Notes: generated by a model from the letters alone, not told the origin. DNA of 21,908 nt from Candidatus Heimdallarchaeota archaeon (GCA_019056785.1 DXJV01000010.1:1-21908); one strand, 5' to 3'; shown: positions 6,141-15,537, counted from the first letter of the stretch. Numbers and translations are program-made.

Positions 6141-9140
6141 GTGAGAGAAACGGATGGCGAGCATCATCAGGAGATCCCAAAAGCCATGAGTAAAAAAAAG
6201 GAGCTACTCTTCCTATTGACTGATCTCTCCTATGAGATTCCGGAAGAGAAGGACCTTCCAATCATTTATCTTTATGGCAGGAGGAAGGAAGGGGAAGTCC
6301 TTGTCAAGGTTCATGGATTTGCACCTTACTTTTATGTTAAAAAAACTCCTGAACTTCCTTTTATCCTTCAAAATGATCCGAAAATTAGTCAATGGCAAAG
6401 AGCTACTGAAGAGCGAACCCTTCGTCAGTATTTTTGGGGCGGAACACCCATCCGGCTTGTAAAAGTTCTAGGAACAAATCCTCGGAAAGTTCGAGAGATT
6501 AGCCGTACATTCGAAAAACTTGGCATAAAAACCTTTGAAACAGACATTCCTTTTTTGAAACGTTTTCTTATTGATAATGACATTAAATGTCTAAATGTTA
6601 TTAAGGTCCGAAGCTCGCAGCTGAGAACCGCCGGAAGAAGAATCTACCTCGAGGTAGGGTATCAAGACGTTTCGCGTGTTTCCGAGGAGGAACTCCCTCG
6701 AGCAACCGATTTTTACCCTTTAAGATTACTGAGTCTAAACATCAAAATTGCTCGCGAAAACGAGAGTTTTGAAGAACTTATGCAGAAAAAGGACAAACCC
6801 ATTCTTGCAATTACCACCATTCTTGGCACAAGCACCAAACCGGCTAAAGCAAAAGTTTTCTTCTTAGAAGACTACTCTCCTGAAGGCGAAAGGAAAATGA
6901 TTCAAAAGTTTCTTGCATTTCTTCAGGAGGTGCAACCCGACATTCTCTGTACCTTTCATGGGGATAACTTTGACCTTCCGTATCTTCTTCACCGCATGAA
7001 ACTCTTGCAAGTGCCAAGCCATGCTTTTTCTTTATTCAATGACGAACCTTGTTACTATTCAAAGAGCTTGCATTCTTTTCGAATGATGGGGCGGATGGTC
7101 TTTGATCTTGCCCTGCGCACTTGGGGCATTCATCCTCCCTCTGGGAAGAAGGGGCTCTACGATATTGCGGAAGTGCTATTGGGGAGAGGAGCCCCAGCAA
7201 CAGTAAGAACGAACCATTCAAACTATTACAAACAAACGCCAACGTTTGAAGAAGTGAACGCTGCGAGAGATTTTTTACACCTATGGCGGCAAGGGTTCTG
7301 CGAAAGAAGAAAAGAGCAGATTAAAGCACTTGCTACCCGTTGTCTTTATGATGCAAAGCTAATTTATGACCTCTTCTGGGAACTGGGAATGTCAGGTTGG
7401 ATTGAAACCTTGCGCGTGACAGGTTTCCCACCTGCAGAAGGAAATAGCTGCACGGAACGGCTGAATGGCGAGTTTGAATTGATGCGGTACATGCGCCGGA
7501 AGGGGATCATCATCCCAAAGCGGCCGGATGCCGACCAAGTAGAAAAGAATCGCCTCATTCGTCAGCAATATCCCCATGAAGGGGGAACCGTTTTGTATCC
7601 GAAAGGGACACTTCATATTGGCGTGCTTATCGCCGACTTTCAATCAATGTACCCCTCAGTGATGATTGCCCAAAATATCGGTGGCGAAACAATCAAACAA
7701 TGGGTTGAGGGGAGTGATTATGGCGACCCTAAGAAACTTTTTGAGCAGCAGTCACGTTCTTGTCTAGCGATCATGGAAAAGGCTCTCATTAAAAAACGAA
7801 TGGCAAAGAAGAAACAGATAAATCAATTGCAAGAGCAGCTAAAACAAACGACAGATGCTGTCGCACGAAGGACACTCGAAGAAAAGATTGCAATTCTCCA
7901 ACGAGAACAAAATTCAATGAAAATAGTTGCAAATAGCATGTATGGGGCCCACTTCTACATTCGAAGCCGCTTCTACACTCAAACTTTGGCTGCAGCCATT
8001 GCCAATAGCGCGCGCGATTATCTTTTAGGAATTGAAAAACAGCTCGAAATACTCAGCAAGAAGCTGGTGCCATGCGAGCTCATTTACGGTGACACAGACA
8101 GTGCATTTATTAAAATTCATGCAGAAGAGCTCTTTACAAAAATACACGCGGAACGAGACGCTCCCCGGCGAGAACAACTAATTGCAAAACTAATGCTCCT
8201 CGTAAATGCCCTTTTAAAAGCAATTAATGATAATTTGCCTTCTCCTGTCCAATTGAAATTTGAGGATGTAGCTTACCGCATCATTTTCAAACCCGAGCGC
8301 AAAAAAGCATACAGCTACTCGAGTCTCCTTTCAAACGAATTCGTAATTAAAGGCTTTGAAGCGGTCCGCTCTGATTGGTCGCCTCTTGCTCGGCAGGCGC
8401 AACGAAAGGTGCTTGAAATACTATTAAATTACCCGAAAGCTACTGCAGAAACAACTTTAACCGAATTCCAACTTGCAAAACGATTTCTTATTGCATTGGG
8501 TGTGAAAGTCCTTCAAATGCCCTCGGAACTGCTTCTCCCAAAAGTTGTCATCCTTTCACCGATTCGACAACCACCAGAAAACTATAAAGGGAAAACACCG
8601 GCTGTCGTGGCCTTCAGCCATTTTGCTCAAATGGAAGGAGTAGATGTATCAAAAGCATGGATGGATTATGACAAGTTTCCATGGGTTATCGTTGCCGGAA
8701 AGGGAAGCATCTATGAACGTGCGAGACACCCGAAATTTGCCGAGGAAATCGATCGCGAACATTATGTCAAGGAAATGCTTCGTTGTTGCGAAGGGCTTGG
8801 TGTCAAAGTTTCTTTAGCAGAAGTAAAAGGCGCCCTTCCCACAGGTCGATTGCCCCATGCCTTTGAGCGTGCACGAGACAAGGGATTGCTCTTGCCCGCA
8901 GAAGAAAAAAGTCCTCTCTCTATAGAGCCCATCAAAACCGGAGAATTAGAGTGGCAAAGGAAAAGCAAAAAGCCAAAACAACGCAGTGTTAGAAGAAAAC
9001 CAGCTGGGCAGTTGGCATTAACACAATTTTCTCACTTGCCAACAAAAGAGGAGGAAAAAGGAAGAACGAAGAACAAGAACCAGACCGAGCCAGAGCAAGG
9101 TGAGGGAAAACTCGTTCCCCAAAAACTCATTGTAAAATAG
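6141..9140 (+). CDS. polB: Family B DNA polymerase (archaeal PolB3-like layout) with degenerate 3'-5' exonuclease
   Basis: Polymerase motifs A ADFQSMYPS, B KIVANSMYG, C YGDTDS, and KGFEAVRSDW. Archaeal N-terminal domain (GFAPYFY, FETDIPFLKRFLID). ExoI reads LSLNIKI instead of aFDIET; ExoII TFHGDNFDLPYL; ExoIII RCLYDA. Start may be ATG 6186. Confidence 0.95.
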   Translation: MRETDGEHHQEIPKAMSKKKELLFLLTDLSYEIPEEKDLPIIYLYGRRKEGEVLVKVHGFAPYFYVKKTPELPFILQNDPKISQWQRATEERTLRQYFWGGTPIRLVKVLGTNPRKVREISRTFEKLGIKTFETDIPFLKRFLIDNDIKCLNVIKVRSSQLRTAGRRIYLEVGYQDVSRVSEEELPRATDFYPLRLLSLNIKIARENESFEELMQKKDKPILAITTILGTSTKPAKAKVFFLEDYSPEGERKMIQKFLAFLQEVQPDILCTFHGDNFDLPYLLHRMKLLQVPSHAFSLFNDEPCYYSKSLHSFRMMGRMVFDLALRTWGIHPPSGKKGLYDIAEVLLGRGAPATVRTNHSNYYKQTPTFEEVNAARDFLHLWRQGFCERRKEQIKALATRCLYDAKLIYDLFWELGMSGWIETLRVTGFPPAEGNSCTERLNGEFELMRYMRRKGIIIPKRPDADQVEKNRLIRQQYPHEGGTVLYPKGTLHIGVLIADFQSMYPSVMIAQNIGGETIKQWVEGSDYGDPKKLFEQQSRSCLAIMEKALIKKRMAKKKQINQLQEQLKQTTDAVARRTLEEKIAILQREQNSMKIVANSMYGAHFYIRSRFYTQTLAAAIANSARDYLLGIEKQLEILSKKLVPCELIYGDTDSAFIKIHAEELFTKIHAERDAPRREQLIAKLMLLVNALLKAINDNLPSPVQLKFEDVAYRIIFKPERKKAYSYSSLLSNEFVIKGFEAVRSDWSPLARQAQRKVLEILLNYPKATAETTLTEFQLAKRFLIALGVKVLQMPSELLLPKVVILSPIRQPPENYKGKTPAVVAFSHFAQMEGVDVSKAWMDYDKFPWVIVAGKGSIYERARHPKFAEEIDREHYVKEMLRCCEGLGVKVSLAEVKGALPTGRLPHAFERARDKGLLLPAEEKSPLSIEPIKTGELEWQRKSKKPKQRSVRRKPAGQLALTQFSHLPTKEEEKGRTKNKNQTEPEQGEGKLVPQKLIVK

Positions 9141-9178
9141 AGAAATCACCTTAGTCTTTTTTTATCAGAAATAGATTC

Positions 9179-10165
9179 TTATCGTTCAGCAAGCATCTTT
9201 TCTTCAAATTCCTCTTCATGCTTTTTTAACCAGAGGAGGGTTATGTCCTCAATGCTAATTCCTGAAGTTTTAATGTCAATAAATTTCCCCCACTGGATGA
9301 TCCGCTCGTGAATTTCGGTTGCTTCAGAGCGGTTGCTGGCAAAAAAGCGGCACATACCACCGATCATTTCATAACGCGGCCAAATCTCCTCGGCTTCTTT
9401 CTTTTTAATAGTACCTTTTGGGATGAGCATTATATCATACATATAATTAAATTCTGATTGTAATTTCGCCACATCTACCATCCCTTTCACCGTACCGCCT
9501 AAAGCAATGAGTAAGATTTTATCACATAAAACATCTACAACCTCTGGGTCGTGGTCCACCAGTACTAACGTTCGCTCGCGTCCTTGTTTCTCGAGGAAAT
9601 CTAGAACAACTTGCTTCCGGCGAAAATCTATACCATTTGTTGGTTCGTCTGCAAAAAGGATTTCAGGGTTTTTTTGGAGGCCCACACAGAGCCGAGTGAT
9701 AGCTTTTTGCCCCTCACTAAATGTCTCGAGTTTTGTATGCCAGAGATGGTCGAGTTGTAATTCCTCGATAAACTCTTTGGCAAGTGCCATGTCGCCATTT
9801 GTCACTTTAACGAAAAAGTCAATAGTTTGTTTTAAAGTGAGTTTCTTTTGAAAATCCATTGCTGGTGAGACAAAACTAATCCGTTTTCGTACCTCAGGTG
9901 TTTCCTTCATAATGTCATAGCCACAGACAAACGCCTCGCCGCCATCTGGTGAATAAATGGTAGAAAGGGTTTTTAGGAGGGTTGTTTTTCCGGAACCGTT
10001 GGGGCCTAATAAAGCAAGCGAAAGCCCTTTTGGCAGGTCAAAGCTGATGCCATTTAAGACACGTTTCTTCCGTTCCTTTTGAGTTTTTTTCTTTGAGAAT
10101 AAAGTAAAACTTGTAGGGAATTCTTTAATCAACCCATTTGAGACGATAATTTCACTACGTACCAT
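9179..10165 (-). CDS. ABC transporter ATP-binding protein (ABC-2/drug-exporter type)
   Basis: Walker A GPNGSGKT, signature variant FSEGQ, Walker B ILFADEPT, H-loop VDH; AGGTGA SD upstream. Confidence 0.93.
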   Translation of the reverse strand: MVRSEIIVSNGLIKEFPTSFTLFSKKKTQKERKKRVLNGISFDLPKGLSLALLGPNGSGKTTLLKTLSTIYSPDGGEAFVCGYDIMKETPEVRKRISFVSPAMDFQKKLTLKQTIDFFVKVTNGDMALAKEFIEELQLDHLWHTKLETFSEGQKAITRLCVGLQKNPEILFADEPTNGIDFRRKQVVLDFLEKQGRERTLVLVDHDPEVVDVLCDKILLIALGGTVKGMVDVAKLQSEFNYMYDIMLIPKGTIKKKEAEEIWPRYEMIGGMCRFFASNRSEATEIHERIIQWGKFIDIKTSGISIEDITLLWLKKHEEEFEEKMLAER

Positions 10166-10179
10166 TTTTCATTTTCACC

Positions 10180-11139
10180 TTAATAAAACTCGATTGTTCC
10201 TCTTCGTCTTGCAACTTGTGTTAGGATTTTTGCTATGAGAAATGCTCCCAAGAGGAATAAACAACTAACTACAAAATTAATGAGAAGCATATAGCCATAA
10301 TTCAAGCCCGTGAAAGAGAGAGGGGCAAACCCATTTTTAACGCGATGATCATTAATAACTTGCATGTCTGGAAATCTTACTGTGGTATCATGTTCTATCA
10401 AGTATTTTCGAAAAGCATATTGTCCTGAAACGATAGGAAGAGCAACGAAAACCACCGGCAACCACCACAAGCCACCATAAGCGGCAAACGATTCGATCAT
10501 AAAGAAGTAACCACCAACAATTCGGATAAGATAAAGCATAATTCGAACGATCGTAGTCGTTTGTTTGACAAGTAAAGAAATGGAACCCATTATCACGCTT
10601 ATACTCATCATAAATAAATAAGAAAAGAAAACTAAAGGGAGAAGCATGAAAAATTCTCTTGCGGTATGTGGGAGCAAATTTCCAGCAGCGCCTTTAATGA
10701 GGGCAAAAGTTGGGATAGTAGTCACCAGGAAAATCGCCAGAAATTTGATGCTGGAGGAGAGATATCGCCCTACCATTATCCCAAGAGTGTCAACGTTATT
10801 TGTAACAAGATAGCCCATCGTCCCGCGGGCTGCTTCTTCTCGTAAACAAAAAGCTGTCTCTTCATAATTACCTGTAAAGAGAGTCCAAAAAGCAGAAGAG
10901 GACAGCAAGAAAAGTGAGAAGGAATAATTCGGCGCGAAATCTCCTGTCCCCTGCCCAACAGACAGGCCAAGAAATCCATATGCTACAAGATTTGTGACTG
11001 TCCACAGAAATTGTATAACAATATCCGACTTGTATTGCCAATCAGTGATCAAATTTCTTTTTACCGTGGCAAGCGTGACATCAAAAATAGATGAAAGTCG
11101 AGGGTCCTTGGTTGTGGGGGATCGCTTAAATATACTCAT
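10180..11139 (-). CDS. ABC-2 type transporter permease
   Basis: About 6 hydrophobic segments; REEAARGTM motif; C-terminal RRRGTIEFY; 14 nt upstream of the ATPase. ATG 11139 preferred over the ORF-track start at 11202. Confidence 0.85.
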   Translation of the reverse strand: MSIFKRSPTTKDPRLSSIFDVTLATVKRNLITDWQYKSDIVIQFLWTVTNLVAYGFLGLSVGQGTGDFAPNYSFSLFLLSSSAFWTLFTGNYEETAFCLREEAARGTMGYLVTNNVDTLGIMVGRYLSSSIKFLAIFLVTTIPTFALIKGAAGNLLPHTAREFFMLLPLVFFSYLFMMSISVIMGSISLLVKQTTTIVRIMLYLIRIVGGYFFMIESFAAYGGLWWLPVVFVALPIVSGQYAFRKYLIEHDTTVRFPDMQVINDHRVKNGFAPLSFTGLNYGYMLLINFVVSCLFLLGAFLIAKILTQVARRRGTIEFY

Positions 11140-11245
11140 TATTGCACACTCGAGGAAAAATAACTTTTTTGCTCTTCCTACTAATTTCGCAAAAGAAAAC
11201 AAAAACTTTGTGTAAAAAAGAGTGAATGGTTGAGAAACTCACCCC

Positions 11246-11674
11246 TTACCATTCTTCATCGAAATCGTCGCTGTCCCAGTCGATATCCTCATCCTCCACT
11301 TCCCAGCTCTCTTCTTCGAGCCAAAGATCCTCATCAGAAATGATTTCTAATGGTTGTGGAATGGCTTTTGCTTTCCCAGATTTTGCTACTGCTTGACCTT
11401 TCTCAATTTTCGCTTTGGTTCTTTTCTTAGACTCTTCCACCTTTGCTTTCTTTGCTTCAGAAGTGATCCAGCTAATCTTAATTGTAAATTCTCCACCCTT
11501 TTTTGTTGAGATGTAATTAATGTCCGTCTTAACTTTCTTTTGTTTTATTGCCACTTCAAATTCCGAGCCTTCCCAAACGACGTCCGGAATGCCTTCATCA
11601 AAAGAGTCAGAAAGGTTCAAAAAGAGTTCAACAAGTGCTTTCTTATCAACTTGTTTGGTCAGCGAATATTTCAT
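11246..11674 (-). CDS. Amphi-Trp-like domain protein with lysine-rich linker and acidic Trp-rich tail
   Basis: Amphipathic helix (KALVELFLNLSDSFDEG) followed by beta strands ending FTIKISW, matching my recollection of the amphi-Trp domain; tail DEDLWLEEESWEVEDEDIDWDSDDFDEEW. Confidence 0.6.
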   Translation of the reverse strand: MKYSLTKQVDKKALVELFLNLSDSFDEGIPDVVWEGSEFEVAIKQKKVKTDINYISTKKGGEFTIKISWITSEAKKAKVEESKKRTKAKIEKGQAVAKSGKAKAIPQPLEIISDEDLWLEEESWEVEDEDIDWDSDDFDEEW

Positions 11675-11877
11675 TTTTGCTTACAACGTCCTTTTTTCGA
11701 TTCGTATAGTAACTCTTTGTTTTTTTTGGAGTTTCTAACATTAAAACTTTGCCATATTGGTTCATTTGAAAAAAGAGGTTTCTAAAAGTTGAAAAATGCA
11801 AGAAAAGGAGTATTAATAAAAGTATGAGGAAATAGTACTACTTTATATAGAAAATCAATCATCTCGAGGTAAAAGAC

Positions 11878-13122
11878 TTGTCAGAAGCAGCAGAAATCTA
11901 TACAGCTCTTGAGGAAGCATGCGTGAAAAAGCAATTCAATACTGTTGAAGAGCTCTTAAAGAAATTAGCAGAAATAATTGCTGAAGAAAAAACCTCACAA
12001 GAATTATATGTAAAAGGGATCATTAAAGCTCTTACTACTTTTAAAGGGAAATTCCCTGTGTCAAAAATACGAAGCTTTATTGAAAATGTGGAACAAATTG
12101 TGAAGGAAAATCCAACACATGAAGAATTAGCTATTTCCTATGCAAAAACATTACGAAGCTCCCTCATTGCCATTAAAACTAAAGGGCAACCTTACTTGAT
12201 GCGAGAGATTATTACTGACCTCGAGAATTTCGCTAAAAACTATCCTGAAAACGTGACAATTTATGAAGAACTTTCTATGGCTTCTAACGAAATAATTAAT
12301 TATTGGAAAAAGCGTGGCGATTATAAAGCATTGCAAGAGCAGAGTAAAAAGTTACGAGAATTTGCGAAAAAATTCCCGGAAAATGAGACGATTCAATTAC
12401 AATTATCAAAATCCATCGTTGCTGAGATTGGCAGCATTAGAAAACTGGACATTGGGAAGATTGACAAACTATTACTTGAAATTCAAAACCTTTCTGAATC
12501 TCGCCCAACCAATAAAGGGTTACAACTTGAATGGGTTCACGCTTATCGAACAGCAATGGACCGGAGCGAAGAAAAACCTAAAGATGCAAAGCGATGGCTT
12601 GAGTCGATGAAAAAAATTGCTGGGGACAAGAAAGACATTGCATTCAGAATTGAGCTGGCAAAAGGATACAAAAATGCAATAATTGTCCTTGGCGCGAAGA
12701 GTGAAGAGCTTAAAAAATTACTCGCTGAGTTTAATGCTTTGATAGATAATACTACACCAAATGTAGAATTATACACGGTATATGCTCAAACATTGCTAGA
12801 AGCCTTAAAGATTATTGGGATTACTAATTATCAACATACGAAGGAAATTCTGGGGCGCTTAAGAAAACTACTTGATGACTTTCCAGAAGCAAAACCCATT
12901 CTCAACGCCTATTTAGAATCTCTCGTGGGCATCATTGGCCTGCTCTCTAACGAAAAGAAAGGAGAAGAAGTTTACGAGTTGCTAAAATCTTTTGAAGATT
13001 TACAACAAAGATTTCCCAAAGATAAAACGGTTCAACTAGTTTATCAACAACTCACAGACATACTTCGAATGCTGGGATTTAAAAAACAAAAAAGGAAAAA
13101 TGTTCGACCGGAATATCTTTGA
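11878..13122 (+). CDS. Hypothetical alpha-helical repeat (TPR/HEAT-like solenoid) protein
   Basis: 414 aa, all-helical character, ~43-aa periodic motif (NYPENVTIYEELS, KFPENETIQLQLS, DFPEAKPILNAYL, RFPKDKTVQLVYQ); GAGGT SD before TTG. Confidence 0.8.
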   Translation: MSEAAEIYTALEEACVKKQFNTVEELLKKLAEIIAEEKTSQELYVKGIIKALTTFKGKFPVSKIRSFIENVEQIVKENPTHEELAISYAKTLRSSLIAIKTKGQPYLMREIITDLENFAKNYPENVTIYEELSMASNEIINYWKKRGDYKALQEQSKKLREFAKKFPENETIQLQLSKSIVAEIGSIRKLDIGKIDKLLLEIQNLSESRPTNKGLQLEWVHAYRTAMDRSEEKPKDAKRWLESMKKIAGDKKDIAFRIELAKGYKNAIIVLGAKSEELKKLLAEFNALIDNTTPNVELYTVYAQTLLEALKIIGITNYQHTKEILGRLRKLLDDFPEAKPILNAYLESLVGIIGLLSNEKKGEEVYELLKSFEDLQQRFPKDKTVQLVYQQLTDILRMLGFKKQKRKNVRPEYL

Positions 13123-13156
13123 AACAATAATCCAGGCTGGGCAGCCAATTGTTCTA

Positions 13157-13663
13157 TCACTTTTTTTTCAGAAGACAGGAAACTATTTCGCCAATATACA
13201 TTCGATGGAAATTCCCTTGTTTATAAAATTGCGCTGTTAGATCATGAAGAAAATGGCTTTTCTCCAAGTCATGATAGTAAAGTTTTTTGCAGATAAGAAC
13301 AAGTCGTGCTTCTTCAAAATAGATTGTTCCTTCCCTTTCGATGGGCGTTAAAGCTACTTCTTCCATTTTGTTGATGTTGCGACCAGATTTTGCACCACAA
13401 AAATTAAGGATAGAACGATAGTCAGAGTCAAAAAATGAGAGGCTAAAGTTTTGATTATTCTCTACAAACTGAAAAGTATGTCTACTTGGACGAACAAAAA
13501 TGAAACAAACTGGCTTATGCCAGAGGACACCCAGACCGCCCCATGAAGCAGTCATCATATTGTACTTTTCTTTGTTTCCTGCAGTTAGGAGCATCCAGTC
13601 CAAGCCAATGAGTTTGATGGCATTTTCTTCCAAATCTTTTGGATTGATTTCTGAGAAGGACAT
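13157..13663 (-). CDS. Flavin reductase-like FMN-binding protein
   Basis: WMLLTAG...NMMTASWGG.G.LW.KP...FVRPSRHT...FSLSFF...G.KSGR...H.MYIGEI, typical of the flavin reductase domain family. Confidence 0.9.
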   Translation of the reverse strand: MSFSEINPKDLEENAIKLIGLDWMLLTAGNKEKYNMMTASWGGLGVLWHKPVCFIFVRPSRHTFQFVENNQNFSLSFFDSDYRSILNFCGAKSGRNINKMEEVALTPIEREGTIYFEEARLVLICKKLYYHDLEKSHFLHDLTAQFYKQGNFHRMYIGEIVSCLLKKK

Positions 13664-13737
13664 AATGGACTAAACTAATGGAATTCTGAATAATAAACCT
13701 ATGGAAAAAATGGTTCGGTGCAAGACTTGCTTGCTAC

Positions 13738-14256
13738 CTATACCCCAAATGGAGAATCCCAGGGTTTTATTTGTTCTTCAGTAAAGGAATTGCCTATTTT
13801 GAAGAGCACCATATCAAGTTTCAATGAGGTTTCTACTAGAATGTGCATTTCTCCATCTTGTATGGCAAGAACGGCAATGTTCTCTGTCATATTAATTTCA
13901 AGCATCCCTGAGTAGGTTGTCCCTTTTGCCACTTCAGCAATGGCATTTACTCCTTCTCCTAGAAGGATACCATTAAGACTACTGATCGAGAAGTTTTGCC
14001 CATAAACTTTCAAAGAAATTTGCATATCTACAATATTATATAAGCCATTGTTTATTATCTCAATAGGAACTGACACAACGATATAACCGGTATAGCTTGT
14101 AAATGAAGGGAGAATATAACTAGTAATCGTAGCATCTCCAGTTGAATGCGAAACATTATTTTTCGTATAAAGCAAAGTGCCAACAACTGCTGAACCACCG
14201 GCAATAATAAGAATTATCGGGAGGACAATCAAGGTAATTTTTAATCCTCGTTTCAT
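13738..14256 (-). CDS. Membrane-anchored hypothetical protein, possible LEA_2/WHy-like beta-sandwich
   Basis: N-terminal TM helix, then beta-rich domain with VPIEIINNGLYNI; GTGTGAT SD-like sequence upstream. Confidence 0.7.
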   Translation of the reverse strand: MKRGLKITLIVLPIILIIAGGSAVVGTLLYTKNNVSHSTGDATITSYILPSFTSYTGYIVVSVPIEIINNGLYNIVDMQISLKVYGQNFSISSLNGILLGEGVNAIAEVAKGTTYSGMLEINMTENIAVLAIQDGEMHILVETSLKLDMVLFKIGNSFTEEQIKPWDSPFGV

Positions 14257-14555
14257 ATTTTATCACACTCTTATTCCTGCAATGCAAGAATTGTTATTAG
14301 TTATAGGCATTAATTGCATATTTATTAAAAATTCCCTTTTTAATCTTGAGTGACCTGTTTGTTGGAAACTTCACAAACTAATAGAGAGTATTTTTAAGGG
14401 CTGAGAAGTTTGGAGCAGAAATATGAGATTCCTCCAAAAACACGAGAGGAAGTGCTTGTTAACAATACCGGTTTCTTACAAAAATGGTTGTCTAATGAAG
14501 AAATGAAACTTATATCCATGAGGGAGCTGCGTTTATCATGTAAAAAAAAACCTCA

Positions 14556-15005
14556 TTAGAAACGAATTTCCAAAGTTAATTTATTATTCTTTTGAGATAC
14601 CTCTTTTGAAAATAATCCCCCTCCTTCTTTGGACGGAAAATTAGAGCTTCGTGTTAGGAGGTCAATTTCAGTAATTAGCTCCTCTTTGGAGATCGGTTTC
14701 ATTTTTAATTTAATTCCAATTTTTGAGGTTTGTAATTTATCCACCCGAGGATCACCTGTTATCATGAGAATTTTTAGGCGAGGATTGCGTTTAATAAACT
14801 CTTTACTTAAATCCAAACCATTTAATTCCGCCGGTAAGCGATAGTCAACTATGATGATCTCGGGTTTCTCTTCCGCTTGATCAAAAAGCTTCAAAGCATC
14901 TTTGCCATTTATGGCTTTTAGGACTTTATAACCTCGTTCCGTTAAAATGCGCTTAAATAACTCATTAGTGAGCAAATCATCTTCTACGAGTAGAATGGTC
15001 TTCAT
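14556..15005 (-). CDS. Stand-alone response regulator receiver (CheY-like)
   Basis: ILLVEDD acidic pocket, phospho-acceptor in IIVDYRLP, NGLDL, MITG, KP; no output domain. Confidence 0.92.
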   Translation of the reverse strand: MKTILLVEDDLLTNELFKRILTERGYKVLKAINGKDALKLFDQAEEKPEIIIVDYRLPAELNGLDLSKEFIKRNPRLKILMITGDPRVDKLQTSKIGIKLKMKPISKEELITEIDLLTRSSNFPSKEGGGLFSKEVSQKNNKLTLEIRF

Positions 15006-15283
15006 TCTTTCAAACGCATCTCCGGCTATTTAATTTAATTATACAGATAAAGCTAAGATAAAGGATAATAGTTGAGGTTGTAACATCAGCAATAGAAAGA
15101 AGGGTGAAAAGGCGCTTATTTTATTTGCTTTGGAGGTAGAACGAATTTTTTAGATGGAAAAAACAACCGTTAGAAAATTGTAAACCGATTTTTTGGCTAT
15201 AAAAAACAAACTCAAAAAAGGGGCGTCTTTAACTTCTCAGAAATTCACCATAATTTAACCCTAGCTATTCTTATAAAGAGAAG

Positions 15284-15310
15284 AAAAAAGGAGCTAAAGA
15301 TTAGCTCCCT
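15284..15310 (-). terminator. Hairpin + U-tract terminator for the small peptide gene
   Basis: Minus strand reads AGGGAGCTAA-TCT-TTAGCTCCTT-TTTT: 8-bp perfect stem extended by G-U/A-U pairs, then a U-run, about 75 nt after the peptide stop codon. Confidence 0.7.
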
Positions 15311-15384
15311 CTCAAGAAATGAGTGTTTCAATTTCCTTTTTCGTCGCAAAGATTCTCCAGCATAGGTGCAGTCAAGTGATTTTC

Positions 15385-15537
15385 TTACCAAAGTCCAGTA
15401 TCTTCTGTGTCGCCACCGTCGGGACCTGCAGTGGTCTCGCCCAGACCATTCTTGATTGCTAAAGTAGCTCCTCCAGCAATTAAAACACTCAAAATAGCAA
15501 TAACTATTTTACTTATTTTAGGGTTTAACTTTTTCAT
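15385..15537 (-). CDS. Small (50 aa) putative secreted pro-peptide
   Basis: Below the ORF-track cutoff. MKKLNPKISKIVIAILSVLIAGGATLAIKNGLGETTAGPDGGDTEDTGLW*. GAGGTTGA SD just upstream of the ATG; signal-peptide n/h regions; own terminator; paralogue at 21771. Confidence 0.8.
   Translation of the reverse strand: MKKLNPKISKIVIAILSVLIAGGATLAIKNGLGETTAGPDGGDTEDTGLW

Noticed and set aside
6141-9140. PolB as a marker of a casposon or provirus
   Set aside because: It is not of the protein-primed type, and no cas1, integrase, capsid gene or terminal repeats are seen; neighbours are cellular genes.
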